Positions 61,894 to 64,000 of a stretch of DNA of 64,000 nt are shown here, in pieces (within the stretch, counting starts at the first letter, position 1; each line of letters starts with the position of its first letter). Below the pieces are notes generated by a model that searched no databases, had not been told where the DNA came from, and saw nothing but the letters and a program-made list of their open reading frames with translations. The position numbers and the translations under genes were made by a program. Source of the DNA: Octopus sinensis (taxonomy: Eukaryota); the NCBI RefSeq assembly GCF_006345805.1, contig NC_043001.1, forward strand, positions 10,168,001 to 10,232,000, in the 5' to 3' direction.

Positions 61894-62899
61894 TCAGCTG
61901 CATAAACAATTACTTCAGCTAACTCTAACATCCTTTTTAAGATGGAGAGAAAATTTTATTGGTATGTTTTGTCTCCATTAAAAATAATTTCTGTTATTGT
62001 TTGTCAAAACGTTGTCTTTCATGAATTTCTAACAATTGATTAATCTATGCATCCATGTAATTAAATTTTAAGTTTGGTGAATATGAAATTATAAGTTCTG
62101 CTGTAATATATACACTTGTACTACTTTGTAAAGAAACTGCTTGGAGCAAAAATAAATTTATTCACACTCATTTTATTTTACTCAGTATCTTATTGGATTG
62201 AAAGAGTTAGAGAGAATTTAGGATAAATAATTCAATGAATAAATACAAGAAAATGAAAAAAAAGTACATTGCTAAGATATACATAAAATATTGCTGTGCT
62301 TATTTTTTTTTTTTTTTGTTCTGCTGTAGTAATTATTGTTTCTGTAGAAAGCTTGCTCCAGGTAGAGAGAATTATTCATTTCTTAATTAAAGTCAATATA
62401 GTTTGTGTTACTTGACACATATCACTGTTTCATTATCCAGTTGCATTATTTTCTTTATTTCATTAAAAAGAAAATTTATTTTTCAAACTTTGTGTTGCAT
62501 TTTTTTGTTGTTATTATTATTAATTAGACATGTAATGAAGTATTGTTAACTCAATAATTTGATAATGTTGATTGTGATCCCAGCTGTTAATGATAATTTT
62601 GTTGGACAGGTTGATTGTAGGTCGGAGGAATGGGTATAGGATTCTCTTTATGTTAGGTACATGCATAAACACACACACACACACACACACACACACCACC
62701 ACCACCACCAATATACTGATTGAGCACTTGAAATAAAAACAAAATGTTTATCTTGAAATAATAAAATTTCCAGTTTTCTAAATACAAATCCAATCAATTT
62801 CAACCATTTTCAATCCTTAGTACATTCAATAAGGGTCTTGAAGTCTTATCGACATAATTTCTTTTTCAAGTTAAATATTTATCAGTGTTAATAAAAATA

Positions 62900-63145
62900 A
62901 CAGTAGTTTCAAATTTTGGCACAAGGTTGGGAATTTTAGGGGTGGGAGTATAAGCCAATCACATTAATCCCCGTGCTCAACTGGTACTCACTTTACTGAC
63001 CCTTCAATGATAATAATAATCCTTTCTACTCAAGGCACAAGGCGTGCAATTTTTGGGGAGGGGGCCAGTCAATTAGATCGACCTCAGTACGATACTGGTA
63101 CTTAATTTATCGACCCCCGAACGGATGAAAGACAAAGTTAACCTC
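62900..63145 (-). mobile_element. Two degraded SINE family B fragments
   Basis: ACTGGTACT...GACCC motifs twice, then CGGATGAAAGACAAAG. Confidence 0.7.
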
Positions 63146-64000
63146 TTCCTTCTCTTATCCAAAACACTCTTTTCATATAACTTATCTCTTGAGTTATGCT
63201 TGACTAATTTTCATAAATTATGTCAACAGTTTGCATGAATATTCTCCTAAGCTTATTTTGTCTTTTTTCTGTGTATTACTTGTTTTAGTATTTTTAACAA
63301 TAGAGCAAGAAGTAAGGAAACTTGTATTGATTTCTAACTGTGGCTATTACTCTTCAATGATAGCTGTTGCATTTGGGTTTGACCTTTTCACATTTTACAC
63401 ATGCAATGCCTTTTAAACTCAACCAGACTTTATAAAAAAAAAACAACAAAAAACACAATGCTCCAAGAAGCCTAATTGCATCTAAAATAAACCAAATTCC
63501 TTTAAAAAAATAGATCTTTTTGTTTTCTCATTGGGAACCTGTATTTTCACCAAGATATGTTTTTGATGTTATTCCCCAGAGACACTTGCATTTTGATAAT
63601 TTTTAGTATCATAAATCATTCCTATTGCTTTCCATTGTTGTTTGAAAAGATAAATATACAGAAAAATCTTGGTTCGGGAGTAAGGACAGGGCATGCGCAC
63701 ACCTAGTTTTAATTTCATCTTGATATCTCTGAGACAGAAAAACTGATATTAATGTCAAGAAGAAATGTTATTTTGAATTACCCAATATATTTTTGTATTT
63801 GGATTGTGTGTGTGTGTGCTTATTCTATGAATGATGCTTTTAATCTGAATGACCAAATCACAAGCAGGCTAAGAGAGAAAGCAGGCCTTGTATGTTAGAG
63901 ATGCATTAGGGCAATAAGCACTTAGAGAATACTAGACATAGATTCTCATAAGTGATTGGGTGGTTCTCTTGAAGTAGTAAAGAGCTTCCATTACATTGTT

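Noticed and set aside
1-64000. Conserved bilaterian miRNAs, snRNAs and rRNA
   Set aside because: No mature sequence of the well-known families was recognised by eye. Lineage-specific miRNAs cannot be excluded without small-RNA data.

Overview
This is eukaryotic, strongly AT-rich, microsatellite-rich non-coding DNA (intronic or intergenic). The repeat families look like those of octopus or another coleoid cephalopod; that assignment is by recognition of the SINEs, not by a database search. No protein-coding gene can be named, and nearly all listed ORFs are microsatellite or repeat artefacts. The window is a mosaic of four tRNA/LINE-related SINE families (about 35 copies and fragments), piggyBac-type TTAA MITEs, Helentron/DINE-1-like elements, decayed mariner/Tc1 transposases, and RTE and R4/Dong-like LINE relics. 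It also holds tandem SINE multimers and several long fold-back palindromes. The best unexplained signal is three short inserts (683-732 minus, 38924-38961 plus, 50021-50056 minus). Each folds into a minimal type-I hammerhead ribozyme with a self-complementary stem III and a GUA cleavage triplet, the dimer-cleaving architecture known from Penelope-like retroelements. Two of them show a compensatory base-pair change. Several splice-signal-flanked candidate exons and microexons are listed at low confidence.
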